A stretch of DNA of 64,000 nt. It comes from Octopus sinensis (taxonomy: Eukaryota). Positions 24,621 to 37,539 of this stretch are shown one piece after another. The translations under genes were made by a program, and so were the position numbers. The stretch spans positions 208,831 through 272,830 of the forward strand of contig NW_021829853.1 in assembly GCF_006345805.1 (NCBI RefSeq). The letters run 5' to 3'. How positions within the stretch are numbered: position 1 is the stretch's first letter; each line of letters opens with the position of its first letter. The notes below the pieces were generated by a model that did not search any database, had not been told where the DNA came from, and saw nothing but the letters and a program-made list of their open reading frames with translations.

Positions 24621-26720
24621 CTTCGATCGTGCTTAAGAATTTGTTATTTCGATGTTGACACCACCACCACCACCATCGTCCCCTCCGTCCTTCCACCAGC
24701 AATAATAAGATAAGCGAATGACATTCTGCGGCCGAACCAACGCATATTAGTATATTCATAAAGTGGTGCTCCAGCATGGCATGGCTTCAGTGACTGAAAC
24801 CACGAAAAGAATTTAAAAAAAAAATGTGGGAAATATTAGAAGAATATGGGAAATAGATTCTGTGAGAACCAGCTTAAAGAATTAATTTTGTGACTGAGAT
24901 AGAAAAAAGAGAGGGATGAAAGACATCACATCACTGTGATTATGTTTGTGCTAAAGACTGAAGAAAGCTGCTGTACAAAACCATTATAAAGCCTGTCTAT
25001 TTGTAGATGTCTGTATCTCTAAACTGAGTTTGTTGCAGTACTGTGTGGTGGTGGGGGGAGTATTGCTGGTGTATTTGATTAGTGTGACTAGAATCCAGTT
25101 TCTTTACCAGAAAAAAGCCCTTTAATTAAATACTAATCTCTGTTTTTCGTGGGCGTGTGTGTGTATGTGTGTGTACACATTGGCATTTAATTAAAATGGT
25201 AATGGACAGTAGATTTGCTCTCAGGTTACATCACTTTATGTTCCGATTTCAAATTCATTGCACAAAAGTAAAAATAACAAAACAAAACAAAAAAAAAAAA
25301 CCCACGATGTCAGCCTGGCATAAATTCCATTTGTAGAAATGGTTTACCAAAGTACATAATGTAGAATACTGAAGCTGATCAGAGTTTGTCTCTCTGAAAT
25401 CTCATTCTCTCAGCCCAAGAAAAAGTTTTATAAAACAACTGACTTTCAAGAACATCAGCTGAAAGCAAAAGTATATTGTTTCACTCAAATAGGAAACAAT
25501 TAACCCCTGAATAGTAACAACAACTTCCAGACCCCTTGTTTATGTTTGTAGAAGTTGGGATGTGTACTTTGTTACTACAAAATATTCTGTTCATTGAACA
25601 GAACAATATTTCGACCCCCCCCCCCCCGCTTCAGCTCGTCTTTCTGAGATTAGAGTACGAGTCGGGAAGCAAGAGAGAATTTGATGATGCTTCGCAAGAT
25701 ATTTGGCCTGGTGCCAGGTTTAGTAAAAAGCAGCCAGTCCACTCTGTAAAATGGTTGGCATTAGGAAGGACATCAAACTGTAGAAACCATTCCGAAACAG
25801 ACACTAGAATCTGGTGTAGTCCTCTGGTTTCCCAGCTCTCGTTATAAACTGTCCAACCCATGCCCGCATGGAAAATGAATGTTAAATGATGAGGAATTAC
25901 CTTTATGCACTGAATAACATCATTACCCTCCCCCAAGCAGCAGCAGCGTTCAAGAATTTGGACCTGTAGATCTCCATTTCCAGCGACTTTGAGAACCACC
26001 TCCCAGTGGTGTCGGGCGTCAATGAAGAGCCCTCGACTACAAGATGACCAAAGTCTTTTTTTTTTTTTATCCAAGGTCTGAGGTCTCCCGCCCCTAAGCC
26101 CTAGACCATCACCTAATCACCCTTACCCGTCTTGTTGCTTAACAACAACAGCAGCAGCAGCAGCAATTTGTAATGATTGTTCCATTTTGTAAGACTTCCA
26201 TTGTTTTATATATGTTGCTATGTTTGTTTTGTTTTTTTTTGTTCTAGATGTCATAAGTAACCAAGTGCCCCAACCAACACACACATAAAACAATTGGTAA
26301 AACATAACATAGCATTGTAAGTAATTGGGAAATCTATTGTGTTTATACCGTCTCTGATTCGGCAACCATCAACAACCTACAACGACGAGGGTTCCCGTTG
26401 ATCCCATCAACGGAACATCCTGCTCGTTGAATCAATGTACAAGTGGCTGAGCGCTCCACAGACACATGTACCCTTAACGTAGTTCTTAGGGAGATTCATT
26501 GTGATGCAGAATGGGAAAAGGCTGGCCCTTTGTAATTACAGGTACAACTCCTTTTTGCCAGCTGAGTGGATCTGGAGCCATATGAAATAAAGTGTCTTGC
26601 TCAAGAGCACACCATGCTGCCAGGGATCGAACTCACCACCTTATGATCGTGAATCTAACACCCCAACCAGTAAGCCACATACTTTCATGTGATATATTCC
26701 ACTTGATATCCAACATGAGT

Positions 26721-27049
26721 GAAGGTGCATGACTCAGTGGTTAGAGCGTCGAGCTTATGATCGTGAGGTTGTGAGCTCGAATCCCAGACCGGGCTGCGTG
26801 TTCTTGAGCAAGACACTTTATTTCACGTTGCTTCAGTTCGCTCAGCTGTAGAAATGAGTTGCAATGTCACAGGTGCCAAGCTGTATCGGCCCCTTGCCTT
26901 TCCCTTGGATAACATCAGTGGTGTAGAGAGGGGAGGCCGGTATGCATGGGTGACTGCTGGTCTTCCATAAACAACCTTGCCCGGACTTGTGCCTGGGTAA
27001 CTTTCTAGGTGCAGTCCCATGGTCTGTGTCATGACCGAAGGGGGTCTCA
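26721..27049 (+). mobile_element. tRNA-derived SINE with CORE-like block
   Basis: Head tgactcagtggttagagc, then gttcttgagcaagacactttatttcac; reverse copy at 56304-56601. Confidence 0.8.
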
Positions 27050-27390
27050 GATCCAGTATGATTATCAAATAACCCTAATCCCTGGCTAACTGTAAACAAT
27101 TACTCCAAGCTGTTGTTGTGGTAAGCAGGGGGAGTGTTGTAAAATTGATGAATGTTTTGTTGGCTCAGTTCAACTCTTGCGATTGATAAAGGTGTTGGAA
27201 CTTCATCAGTCTTGTAACTTAGGTCAACTTTGTTGTTGATCTAAAAACGAAATTGAACAAATTACATTGGATGATGTAGTTCTAGATAGACTATGCACGG
27301 GGAAATGATGGGATGGTCACAGCTGGAATATTTTTGAGCATAGGTCTGACTTGGAGCTATAAACAGCAATTGATAGAATAGGGTTTTAAA

Positions 27391-27789
27391 TCTCACAAGG
27401 AGTGATATTCAGCAACAGTACTTCGTAGTAAAGATTGTTTGCCAACATAACATGGCAGTCCTGGTTTAGGATGAATGTTGCTGTAATTTAGCCCCAGGAG
27501 ACATTGTCTCCAGCGTGTTATACTACACAATCTGTGTCCTTATATTTTCAAACACCCCCCACTCAGCTCAAAACAATGTCTATGTATCGCAATTTCCTGG
27601 TTATTCTGTACTGATGAAGGGAAATAACCTGGAAATCGGGATACACAGATATTGTTTTGAGGTGAGTGGGGGTGCTAGATTCCCTTGTTCGAAAATATAA
27701 GGACACAGATCGTGTTGTAAAACCAGCTGGAGATGATGTCTACTGGGGCTAAATTACAGCAACATTAGTCCTAAACCAGGACTGCCATG
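27391..27789. mobile_element. Palindromic non-autonomous element with a hammerhead-like centre
   Basis: Arms ~27451-27604 and ~27622-27789 are reverse complements. A second family member lies at 4616-5073 in opposite orientation. Confidence 0.8.
27605..27649 (+). ncRNA. Hammerhead-like motif, non-canonical
   Basis: UCUGUA-CUGAUGA-AGG[GAAAUAA]CCU-G-GAAA-UCGGGA-UA|CACAGA. It has one extra G before GAAA and an A.C mismatch closing stem I. Confidence 0.45.
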
Positions 27790-28420
27790 AGCTGAGTTGT
27801 TTTCCCTTCTGTGGGAATGTTCTTGGAAAAGGTTCTGTGTATAAGCACCGAAGCAAAATCTTTGGTCACTAAATCTTAAATGTGAATATGGAAGCAGGAA
27901 CATCTTTTAGATATTGGATTTCCTCTGTTATTCTTTAAGTTTTCTTGTCATCAATAGATAATGGAAGTAAGGTTGTTTTTTTTTTTCTTTTCTCCTTTTT
28001 CTTTATTGGTAAACGTTTCCCAATATTGATCTTTCTATATTGCGTGATTTCTTCTCTAAAAGAAGAAATGGTCTATTAATGATTCAGCCATTTTATGGCA
28101 CCGCAAGAATTTGTAACTGGTCACACAACACAGAATGTCTTTGTTTGCATTTCAGTGTGTGTGTGTGTGTGTGTGTGTAGATGTGTGTGTGTGTGTGTAG
28201 ATGTGTGTGTGTGTGTAGATGTGTGTGATGGGATTAATAACAGAACTATTTGACTATCTTTGCTTTCTTTTTTATATTATTCCTAAATATTTACTTTTGT
28301 TTTTGTTGTGTATTTAGACTTTCCTGTTTTTTATTTTATTTTTCATTATTGTTTTCTATTTCATTCTGGTGTTTGCTGTTCAGAATTCCTGTTCAACTTC
28401 TTACCTGGGTGTGTTTTCTA

Positions 28421-28964
28421 TGAGGCTGAGTCAAAAAGTAATGTCATTTTGTTTAGGACAGGTATAATTACCAACACAGGAACATGTATCATACATCAAA
28501 ATGAAGCTGGTCCTCTGTGGATCACATCCTTACTTCTCAACCTAGTCACTGTTTCTCTCAATAGCAATGTTCCACCTTCGAATGAGAACATGTATCCTTG
28601 CCCCATAATATTCTGTTGACTGTTCTGTGAGCCATTTCTTCACTACAGTTTTCACTTCCTCATCACTGGAATGATGTTTGCCTCTCAAAACCTCTTTCAT
28701 GGGATTGAAGAGATGATAGTCCGGTGAAGAGGAAGTGAAAACTGTAGTGAAGAAGTAACTCAAAATCAACAGAATTTTACGGGGCAAGGATACATGCTCT
28801 CATTCGAAGGTGGAACATTGCTATTGAGAGAAATGGTGACTATGTTGAAAAGTAGGGATGTGATCCACAGAGGACCAGCTTCATTTTGATTTATGATACA
28901 TGTTCTTGTGTTGGTAGTTATACCTGTCCTAAACAAAATGGCTTTACTTTTTGATTGACCTTTG
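28421..28964. mobile_element. Mariner-derived fold-back element (two 3' ends, tails outward)
   Basis: Arms 28421-28664 and 28725-28964 are reverse complements. Each encodes a mariner transposase C-terminus (DYHLF..MKEVLRG...SDEEVK...RWNIAIER). TA precedes the left TIR. Confidence 0.9.
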
Positions 28965-29580
28965 ATTGTACAACCAACTGCAAAGTGGTTTGTAACTTTG
29001 GTACAGAACCACCTTTTATTAGAGATTAGTGAAGCATTGGGGGAGTCATAATCAGCTGAATCACCCTTGCTGTATTACTGGTGCTCAGTCTGGTCTTTAC
29101 ATTTGTACTCAGTGACCTGTCATCTCTGCTCTTGCCCTTAATATAATCCTCCTCTTGTCACTCCTAATACACTTCACTCCTCTGAACTCCCACGACTATT
29201 GCTCTCTACCCATAGCTCCTCCCCTGCAACGATATTTGAGCACACCTATGATCAAAAACATTCCATATAACCATCCCAGCTTTTTCAGGACTGTCTAAGA
29301 CTGGATTATTTGTTTTTTCTCTTATTTAATGTTGTTGAGTGTAGTTTGAGAGGTATTTGGTTGTTTTTTCTGGCATGTCAAAAGACTACATAAAAGTCTC
29401 CTTTTCTTTAAGATAGAATTGGTGAAACTAACTCTGAGTGTAGATATTATTATTATTGTTATTATTATTATTTGCTTAAAAAAAAGATTTACATACAAAT
29501 TACACTTGGTGTTCTTTTTAAAAATATTGCTGAAATAAGTTCAGATCCATTTGGGTATCACAAACATAAAGGTAGTTCTG

Positions 29581-29622
<42 letters not shown>

Positions 29623-29949
29623 GCGCACGCGCATGCGTGCGTGAGAAACCGCAAGTCACAAAGTTCTCCATTGACAAGCTTCAAATATTTGTGTCGAGAT
29701 GTCTCTTGAACATCTTCAGGGTGGTGATGGCAAAACAAACTCTCAAACAAAACCAGCAACCCCTTGAAACCCAGATCAAGAAAAGTAAATAGGGTTTGGC
29801 TGTGGGAACCCTTTTCCAATATTACAAAGCATGACCTCTGATTGGCATCTGTTGGGAAATGGAAGCACGGCAGACCTAGAACAACATGGAAACAGTCTAC
29901 AGAAACTGAAGCATTGATGAGTTGGGGATAGGGAATTGGTTTGTTCTTT

Positions 29950-30275
29950 TGTATCATCATCATCATCATTTAACATCCGTTTTCCATGCTAGCATGGGTT
30001 GGACAGTTTGACCGGAGTCTGATAAGCCATGGAGGCTGCACCAGGCTCTAGTCTGATTTGGCAGAGTTTCTACAGCTGGATGCGCTTCCTAACGCCAATC
30101 ACTCCGTGAGTGTAGTCGGTGCTTTTAACATGCCACCGGCACGGGGGCCAGAGCAGGCTGGCAAATGGCCACGATCGGTTGGTGCTTTTACGTGCCACTG
30201 ACACGGACGCCAGTCAGGCAGCGCTGGCATCTGCCACATTCGGACGGTGCTTTTTACGTGTCACTGGCACGGGTG
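29950..30275 (-). mobile_element. Family A copy
   Basis: Family motifs; ends ~160 bp upstream of exon 30437. Confidence 0.85.
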
Positions 30276-30436
30276 TCTTAACAATTTCCAATTGAATTTT
30301 ATCTGGCATCTGCCATGTTTGGACGGTTGTATGTTTTGAAAATTAAGGAAATGTGTTTTGAAAAAAGTTAATGGTGTATTTTCATTTTTAATGAAATGTT
30401 GTCAACATAATATCTTTGTTTGCTTGTCTCCAACAG

Positions 30437-30633
30437 TTCGATGGTTCTGTGAACAGGAAAGCAGACTCTTTCAGTTTATCGTCTGATTGGAATAATATCA
30501 AAAGCTCCGACTCAAAAGCTCTCACTCAACAGTCAATGTCCCTGAACAGTTTATTGCCAGACACTCCAGAAGAGGACCCTTTCTTTGATGATCCCTTTCT
30601 ACCTACATCTCCCGGACTCAAAGCATTAAGTCG
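30437..30633 (+). CDS. Coding exon of host gene, Ser-rich with DPF motifs (FDGSVNRK...EEDPFFDDPFLPTSPGLKALSR)
   Basis: ttgtctccaacAG acceptor and GTGAGT donor at 30634. 197 nt, phase 0 to 2, open frame. Confidence 0.8.
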
Positions 30634-31167
30634 GTGAGTGGTTTTATGTCGTGGCTTTCGTGATTTGTCCACTTCGATCATTTCATCGCTTTGTTTTTTC
30701 AATATATTGACTTTGTTTTCATAATATTCAGCTTCACCACAGAAAAAAAAAACACCAAAAAAAAAAACAAAACATTTACTAAATTTTGGATCCTGATCAT
30801 TTCCAGATTATATTTCATTTGGTCAATTTGTTTTCGTAACTATCAGCTGCTTTCTGTATGTGATATCTATTTTAATTATGTTTCACAAAGAACACTGTTA
30901 TAATTAGTGTGGTGATTAACACTAGGTTTTTAATTGGCAAATAATTTAATGGAGGATTTTCCATTAAAGCTGCACAAAACTGTTTGACATTCTTTGTTTA
31001 CATCAAAACCAAACAAGAACCAACTGGAATCCCCAATGGCTTTCATTGTTCCACACCAAACTCTTCTCTGTCTTTGACTGGATTTTAACCATCGAAATTG
31101 TTTGCAAGCTAATTGTGTCTACAAATACACCCCTGTACTCCACCCTGTGTATTGCTATACACTATAC

Positions 31168-31395
31168 CAGTGGGTCCTAATCTGGGGTCCATCACCTCCT
31201 GGTGGTTTGCAGACCCATGGGCGTTTGCTGACTCCTGGTGGTCTGCAAAAGGTAGTACTGGGTGGGGGTGGGGTGTCCATGAACTAAATCGAAAATTTTA
31301 TATGTATGATGATGTATGCTTAAGGAGAAGCATGTTAAAAGGGGTCTGTGGGGAAAACTCAGATAAAATGGTTGGGAATCACTTGGGAACCACTG
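31168..31395. mobile_element. hAT-type MITE
   Basis: Ends CAGTGGGTCCTAA / TTGGGAACCACTG; the 8-bp flanks cactatac / cactacat resemble a decayed TSD. Confidence 0.65.
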
Positions 31396-31409
31396 CACTA
31401 CATATTCAT

Positions 31410-31790
31410 CATCATAATCATCATCATCGTTGTTTAATGTCTGCTTTCCATGCTGGCATGGGTTGGACAGTTTGACTGAGAACTTGTAAGCCAGAAGGCT
31501 GCACCAGGCTCAATCTGATCTGGCAAAGTTTCTACAGCTGGATTCCCTTCCTAACACCAACCACTCCGAGAGTGCAGTGGGTGCTTTTATGTGCCACTGG
31601 CACAAGGACCAGTCAGGCAGTACTAGTAACGACCATGCTCAAGAGGTGTTTTTCATGTGCCACCTGCACAGGAGCCAGTCTTGCGGCATTGGCAACGATC
31701 ATGCATCATGCTCGGATGTGCTTTTAACGTTCCACTGGCACGAGTACCAATCGGGCAGTACTGTCATCGGCCACGTCAGCCATTTTGATT
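31410..31790 (-). mobile_element. Family A copy
   Basis: Family motifs, about three hairpin units. Confidence 0.85.
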
Positions 31791-34078
31791 TGATTTAATT
31801 AAGTGCCTTCATTATTTCTAGATTAATTCTAACGAGCACTGGCCCCTTGAAATTGTCCAGTCTTTTATCTGAATGTTTATTTTGAATGGTTGGTTGTTTT
31901 TTTGTTCTTCTTCCTCTTTGCCATCAGCCACGATGACAAATATCCTGGTGGTGCCCTGGGGCTGATTCTGCAAATGAAATGAAAGTGTCTTGGGTTGAAA
32001 CCCAGAGTTCCATCCGATCAGCTCTGTTACCATTTTCTTCATGAAAGAAAGATCTGGGAGTTCAGTTCTGCACTGAGCACATTCAACCTTTTCCCAAGCC
32101 GACTGATATGGGGGTGGGGGTATCTACGTTGCTCGACCAGCTAGAAATAGCAACCAAATATCCCTTGTCTCACAGTCTTCTGGTCATTTCCAAAGTAAAG
32201 AAACAATGGATAGATGCACTATCTGAATATAAGATGGGATGGTCGTAGCCAGAATGTCTTTGATCATCTGCTCAAATAGGGCTGACTGGTATTTAATTGA
32301 CAATAATTTGAATTAATGAGGTTTAAAATAGTTGAACTTGTTTATGAGGTGGAGGGAGTCCACAAAGGAGTGTTGTAGGATCATGATGGTCGTGTCAGAT
32401 CCCTCAACTTGCTAGAAATAGAAAACAAATTCCCCTCATATTATACCCTACTACTCTTCAAAATAAAATGGAAGATAAAGGTACATTGAATAATGTGGTC
32501 CTTGATAAACTGTGCCTAAAAATGAGGAGGAGAGATGTTCATGGTTGGGATGTTCATGGTTGGGATGCCTTTCATCATACTTATTTAACTAAGGTTAATC
32601 TGGTATGAAATAATACCACCACCACAGCCACCACCACTGCCAACAACAACAACAACACCACCACCACCACCACCACAAGTATTTGAAAGGCAATGTTGAT
32701 CTTGATAAGATTTGAACTCTGAATTAAAGGGCTTTCGCTAACTACCACTATTCAATTTGTCTGAATAATAATAATAATGGTTTCAAATTTTGCCACAATT
32801 TTTGGGGCGGGGATAAGTCGATTACATCGACCCAGTGATGCAAGGTAAAGTCGACCTCAGTGGAATTTGAACTCAGAATGTAGCAGTGGATGAAATGCTG
32901 CTAAGCATTTTGTCCACCGTGCTGACGATTTTGCCAGCTCACTCCCTTAATAATAAATGCTCTGATACTGCACCAGGCAGTGGTTCTCATGGCTTAAATG
33001 CCCTGATGCAGTACCAAGCAGTGGCTTTCATGGCTTCTGATCTTAACTGATTGGAAGTGTTATCATGTACATTGTTTTGTCTTGATATAAAAGATGGGCT
33101 ACAGCAAATATTCTGCTCAATACCACAGATTTGCTTGTCAGTTGTTTGAGTATGTCCCTTAGTGGCTGACGATATGTGCATCTCCGATCATGAGCAGAAG
33201 TAGTCGGGGAGCATCATGGCCATGTGTTGAGAGGGATTCTTTGGGGTTTGAATAATTCACCTCTGGAAACATGGGTGTTTCGTTTCACATCCTTAAACAA
33301 TCCTTATTCAGGGACCTTTTGAGTAGGATGGGCTACTCGACCAAAAGAAAATTCTAGCTGGGCTCCACCTGCAAAGTCATGTGCTGTTTATCTTGATATG
33401 AGATCACCATGTCACGCACATATGATTGTGATGCATGTGCCCAGTGTACCCTTATCAGGCGAATAGTCATGATGGGTATACTGGGCTTTGTATATTTTAC
33501 CCCAGTGTCACTTTGATGGCATACACTACTCTCTCACTCAATAATGTGTTTCTAAGCATAAGGTCAGAAATTTTTTTTTCTTGGAGAAGGGTGTCAGAAC
33601 TATTTGATTTTATTTGCTCCAATACTTCTGTTAGCCCTGGGGGAATTAACCACAGTGGGATTTGAACTTAGAATGTAAAGAATCCAAAGAAATACTCCCA
33701 AAACATTTCATTCAGTTCTCATTTGATTCTGTCCTGACAATGCTCTTATAATAATGATTTCTTAGTCAAGTAGTGGGGGGCGGGGGGTAAATTATATCCC
33801 CTCGTGCTAGTCTATTTTTTTTATCAACCTTGGAAAAATGGAAGGGGATTTGAAGTTAGAATGTAAATAGCTGGGATGAATACCACAAGGTATTTTATCT
33901 GATCCCCCAACAATCTTGTCAATCTGCTGTCTTTAATGATGATGATGATGATGGTTTCAAATTTTGGCACAATGCCTGCAATTTTAGAGAGTGGGTATCA
34001 GTTGATTACATCAATCCCATTACTTTCATGGAACATGGTTGTTCAATGATGATGATATTAAAATGTGTGTATGTGCAC

Positions 34079-34115
<37 letters not shown>

Positions 34116-34713
34116 AAATATGAATTAGAGATAAAACCACTATTATGCAACTCAAACAATGATAGACATAAACCAGTACATAAATAACAAATAATATATA
34201 TAATTAATATAATATGATATATATATATATATATATATTGTATATATATATATTTTTTTTTTTTCAAAATGTATAAAATAAATGATAAATATAATATAAT
34301 AAGTAAAAACACTATGTATGTTTCATAGCTATAATTAAATTTGAATTACAATTAAGTTTAAATTCAATTGAAATAAATTTGAACTAAAATTATAGTCAAT
34401 CTTCAGGTTAATGAATATATATATTATATGTGTGTGTGTGTGTGTAAAAATAAGGTTCAAGGTGAAAAAGCACAGAAATCTTGTTTCTGTAGATGATTAT
34501 TTAATCCGTACACACAAACATGCTTTTTTTTTTTACATTAATCCAGTGAGAGGTTTTAGGCATTGTTTTATTTCGTCTCTTTGATTAACGAGGCTCCGAT
34601 GTAATAGACGCTCTGTTCAGATTTCTACGTTAATCTGCAAGATGAAGAGAATTACCATAGAGTTCGGTCTTAGCCATTCATCAGCAAATCTCTAAAACAG
34701 ACTCTAGATATAT

Positions 34714-34714
<1 letters not shown>

Positions 34715-34751
<37 letters not shown>

Positions 34752-35020
34752 CTCTTCTCTTTGCACTGCTCTACCCATCCATGTATCTCCTCCTACTCAA
34801 CCTTTCTTCTCCTCCTTCCCCACTGCCCTTATCCTTTTCTTTCCTGTTACCCTCACACTGTCTATATTAGTCTTTTCCTCTGCCATGCTCTCTCTTTCTC
34901 TCTCTCTTCCTCTCTCTCTCTCTTTCTTTCTTTCTTTCTATCTCTCCCTCCCTCTTTCTCTATCTTTTTCTCTCTCTCTCTCTTTCTTTCTTTCTCTCTT
35001 TCTTTTTTCCCCCATCTCTC
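34715..35020. repeat. (CA)n followed by a CT-rich tract
   Basis: Direct reading. Confidence 0.9.
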
Positions 35021-35027
35021 TCATCAG

Positions 35028-35090
35028 TAAATCTGTTGTAACTCCATTAAGAACCGTTTCAATTCCTGATGAATCTTTCGATCCCTTCTG
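35028..35090 (+). CDS. Candidate exon (KSVVTPLRTVSIPDESFDPF)
   Basis: Follows a long CT tract + cAG, is phase-2 compatible with 30633 and carries another DPF. The donor (TG|GTTTCA) is weak, so the 3' boundary is uncertain. Confidence 0.45.
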
Positions 35091-36544
35091 GTTTCATAGG
35101 TCCCACCTTTTCAGCTCCTCCCTATTACCATGGGGGATAGTATTGCACTCCTTCTGTCTGTCTCTCTCTCTCTCCCCCCTTCACACAAATCCCTCACATA
35201 ACTCATTCCCACTCCTTCTCCCTCTGTCTCCTCTACTCCTACCCCAACTCTATTCTCTCTGTTATTCTCACCAGTATCATCCCCTTACCCCAACGCTCAC
35301 CTGTCCCTCATCGATCGGCTCCCTTTTTTGCTTTGTAAGCTGTAAGGCAACTCCAACAGTGCTGGGGGCCACAAAAAACATCCACTACATTCCTTAAATG
35401 GTTGGTAATTGATTTAAATAGCAACAATACAGGGTTTAAGGGGACTCTTTAGTCTTGCCGAGGTTAAGGCAGCCTCTACAGTGTTGGTGCCAACATAAAA
35501 TGCATTCAGTCCATTCTGTAAAGTGGTTGGTTTTAGGAAGGGCATCTAGCTTTAGAAATCATGGCCAAAACGAGAGATTGGAGCAAGGCGGGGTCCTCTG
35601 ATCCTCAACCCCTTTTGAACCCTCTTACCCAACATGGGCATAGAAAATGAACATGAATTATTACATGCATACATTGTGTGTGTGTGTAAAATATGAACAT
35701 GTATAATTTTGAATTTACAAAGGGATGAAAAAGTATTTGACACATAAAGTAGTTTTATTCATTTATTTGAGACCGAAAGGGCTTCTATCTGTCACCCCCC
35801 CTCTCTCTCTCTCACACACGATCTGTAGCTTTTTCTCTTAGCTAAATATTGGATTTTGAGAAATTTATTCTTTACAAGGATTAGACAATTTTTTACCAAA
35901 TGTTTCTCCCCCACCAAAAAAATGAATGCAAAAGAAAGAAAAGATGAAAACCACTAAAATTTTAGTAATAGAATTATTTCTTTAAGAATCCCTGTATTTT
36001 TGAAGAAGGCAGCTTTTATGGTTAGTCAGTTCTTAAAAAAATGTCTTTATTCCAGAAACTCTTTTTTTTTTTGTGGCAATATTGATATTTCCATTTTGTA
36101 ATTCTTTACAAATTCATTGAAAATAAAAGAAAACAAACAACGAACAAAATAAACAATGTACCAAATTTTTTTAATGAGTTTATGTGTGTGTTTTTTTTTA
36201 TAATTACACATTTCCTTTTAAAAATAAATTTGTCCTCAAAAATATATTTTATTTCTATATTTAGAAATACTTCAGTTTCCTTATTTTTTTTGTTGAATCA
36301 ATAAAATTCTGTTTTTTTCTTTTGTTGCCTGCTGTATCAGTTATCACACACACACATACACACACCATTAGCCCAGTGAATGAATTTGGTAGATGGGTGA
36401 TGGTGCCATGTAAAAAGCACTGTTGCTGGTGCCACATAAAAAGCATTGGTGTTATATTAGGAGCAGTGGTGCCAGAATAAAATAGTAACCAAAGGGGTCC
36501 ATAGATAAAAAAAAAATGGTTGAGCCACTGATTTAGGAAAATTA

Positions 36545-37045
36545 ATTCATAGCACCATTTAAGTGCGGTCAATGTTAGTGCCGCCTGACTGACCCCCGTG
36601 CCGGTGACATGTGAAAAGCACCATTTGAGCATGGTTGATGCCAGTGTCACCTGACTGGCCCCTGTGCCAGTGGAATGTAAAAAGCACCATTTGAGTGTGG
36701 TCAATGTCAATGCCACCTGACTGGCCCCTCATACAAGTAGCATATAAAAAGCACCATTCAAGTGTGGGCAATGCCAGTGCAGCCTGACTGGCCCCTGTGC
36801 CAGTGGCATGTAAAAAGTACCATTTGAGCACGGTTGGTGCCAGTACTGCCTGACTGTCCCCCATGCCGGTGGCATGTAAAAAGCAGCCACTACACTCTTG
36901 GAGTGGTTGGCATTAGGAAGGGCACCCAGCTGTAGAAACCTTGCCAGAACAGATTGGAGCTTGTGCAGCTTCTTTGCTCACCAGTCCTCAGTCAAACCGT
37001 CCAACCCATGCCAGCATGAAAAGTGGATGTTAAACAGTGATGATT
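36545..37045 (+). mobile_element. Family A copy with five 66-bp internal tandem units
   Basis: gcacc anchors at 36552, 36618, 36684, 36751, 36817 and 36883. Confidence 0.9.
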
Positions 37046-37539
37046 AGAGTATCAAAATAAATGTTTTGTGGTGTACGAGTTCAAATCCTGTGAAGGCCAG
37101 CTTTGTCTTTCACCGTTCTGGGGTTGATAAATTACCAGTCATGTCTGAAGGTCCTCTAGTATCGATTAATCCATCCCCTCAAAGTTACTGTACATGAACG
37201 CAAACCAGAACCCGTTATTATTGATTTCCATTATTTCACTAGTTTTGTAACCAAGGTCCAAAGAGAGAAATTTTTCAGTGTCAGTATGAAGACAACCACA
37301 GGCAAACATGCATGCACGCACACACACACACACCATCATTCAATCTGTACCAAGGTATCACACAGGATTTTGTCTGGATACTGGAGATGTTATAGGGAAG
37401 TAAAATAACGGTGATAATAGAAATAAACTCTACAGAAACTACAAAATAAATTCCGTGTGTGTGTGTTAATTTTTGAGTATTGGCATGTAAAAAGCACACT
37501 ACATTCTCGGAGTGGTTGGTGTTAGGAAGGGCAGGACCT

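Noticed and set aside
25920-26110. GC-rich segment giving a 147-aa minus-strand ORF
   Set aside because: The ORF runs into a family A repeat; no motif or splice support.
34885-35397. 170-aa ORF
   Set aside because: Mostly a CT microsatellite; only 35028-35090 looks coding.
36552-36890. CRISPR-like regular array
   Set aside because: Whole 66-bp units repeat with no unique spacers, there are no cas genes, and the context is eukaryotic.
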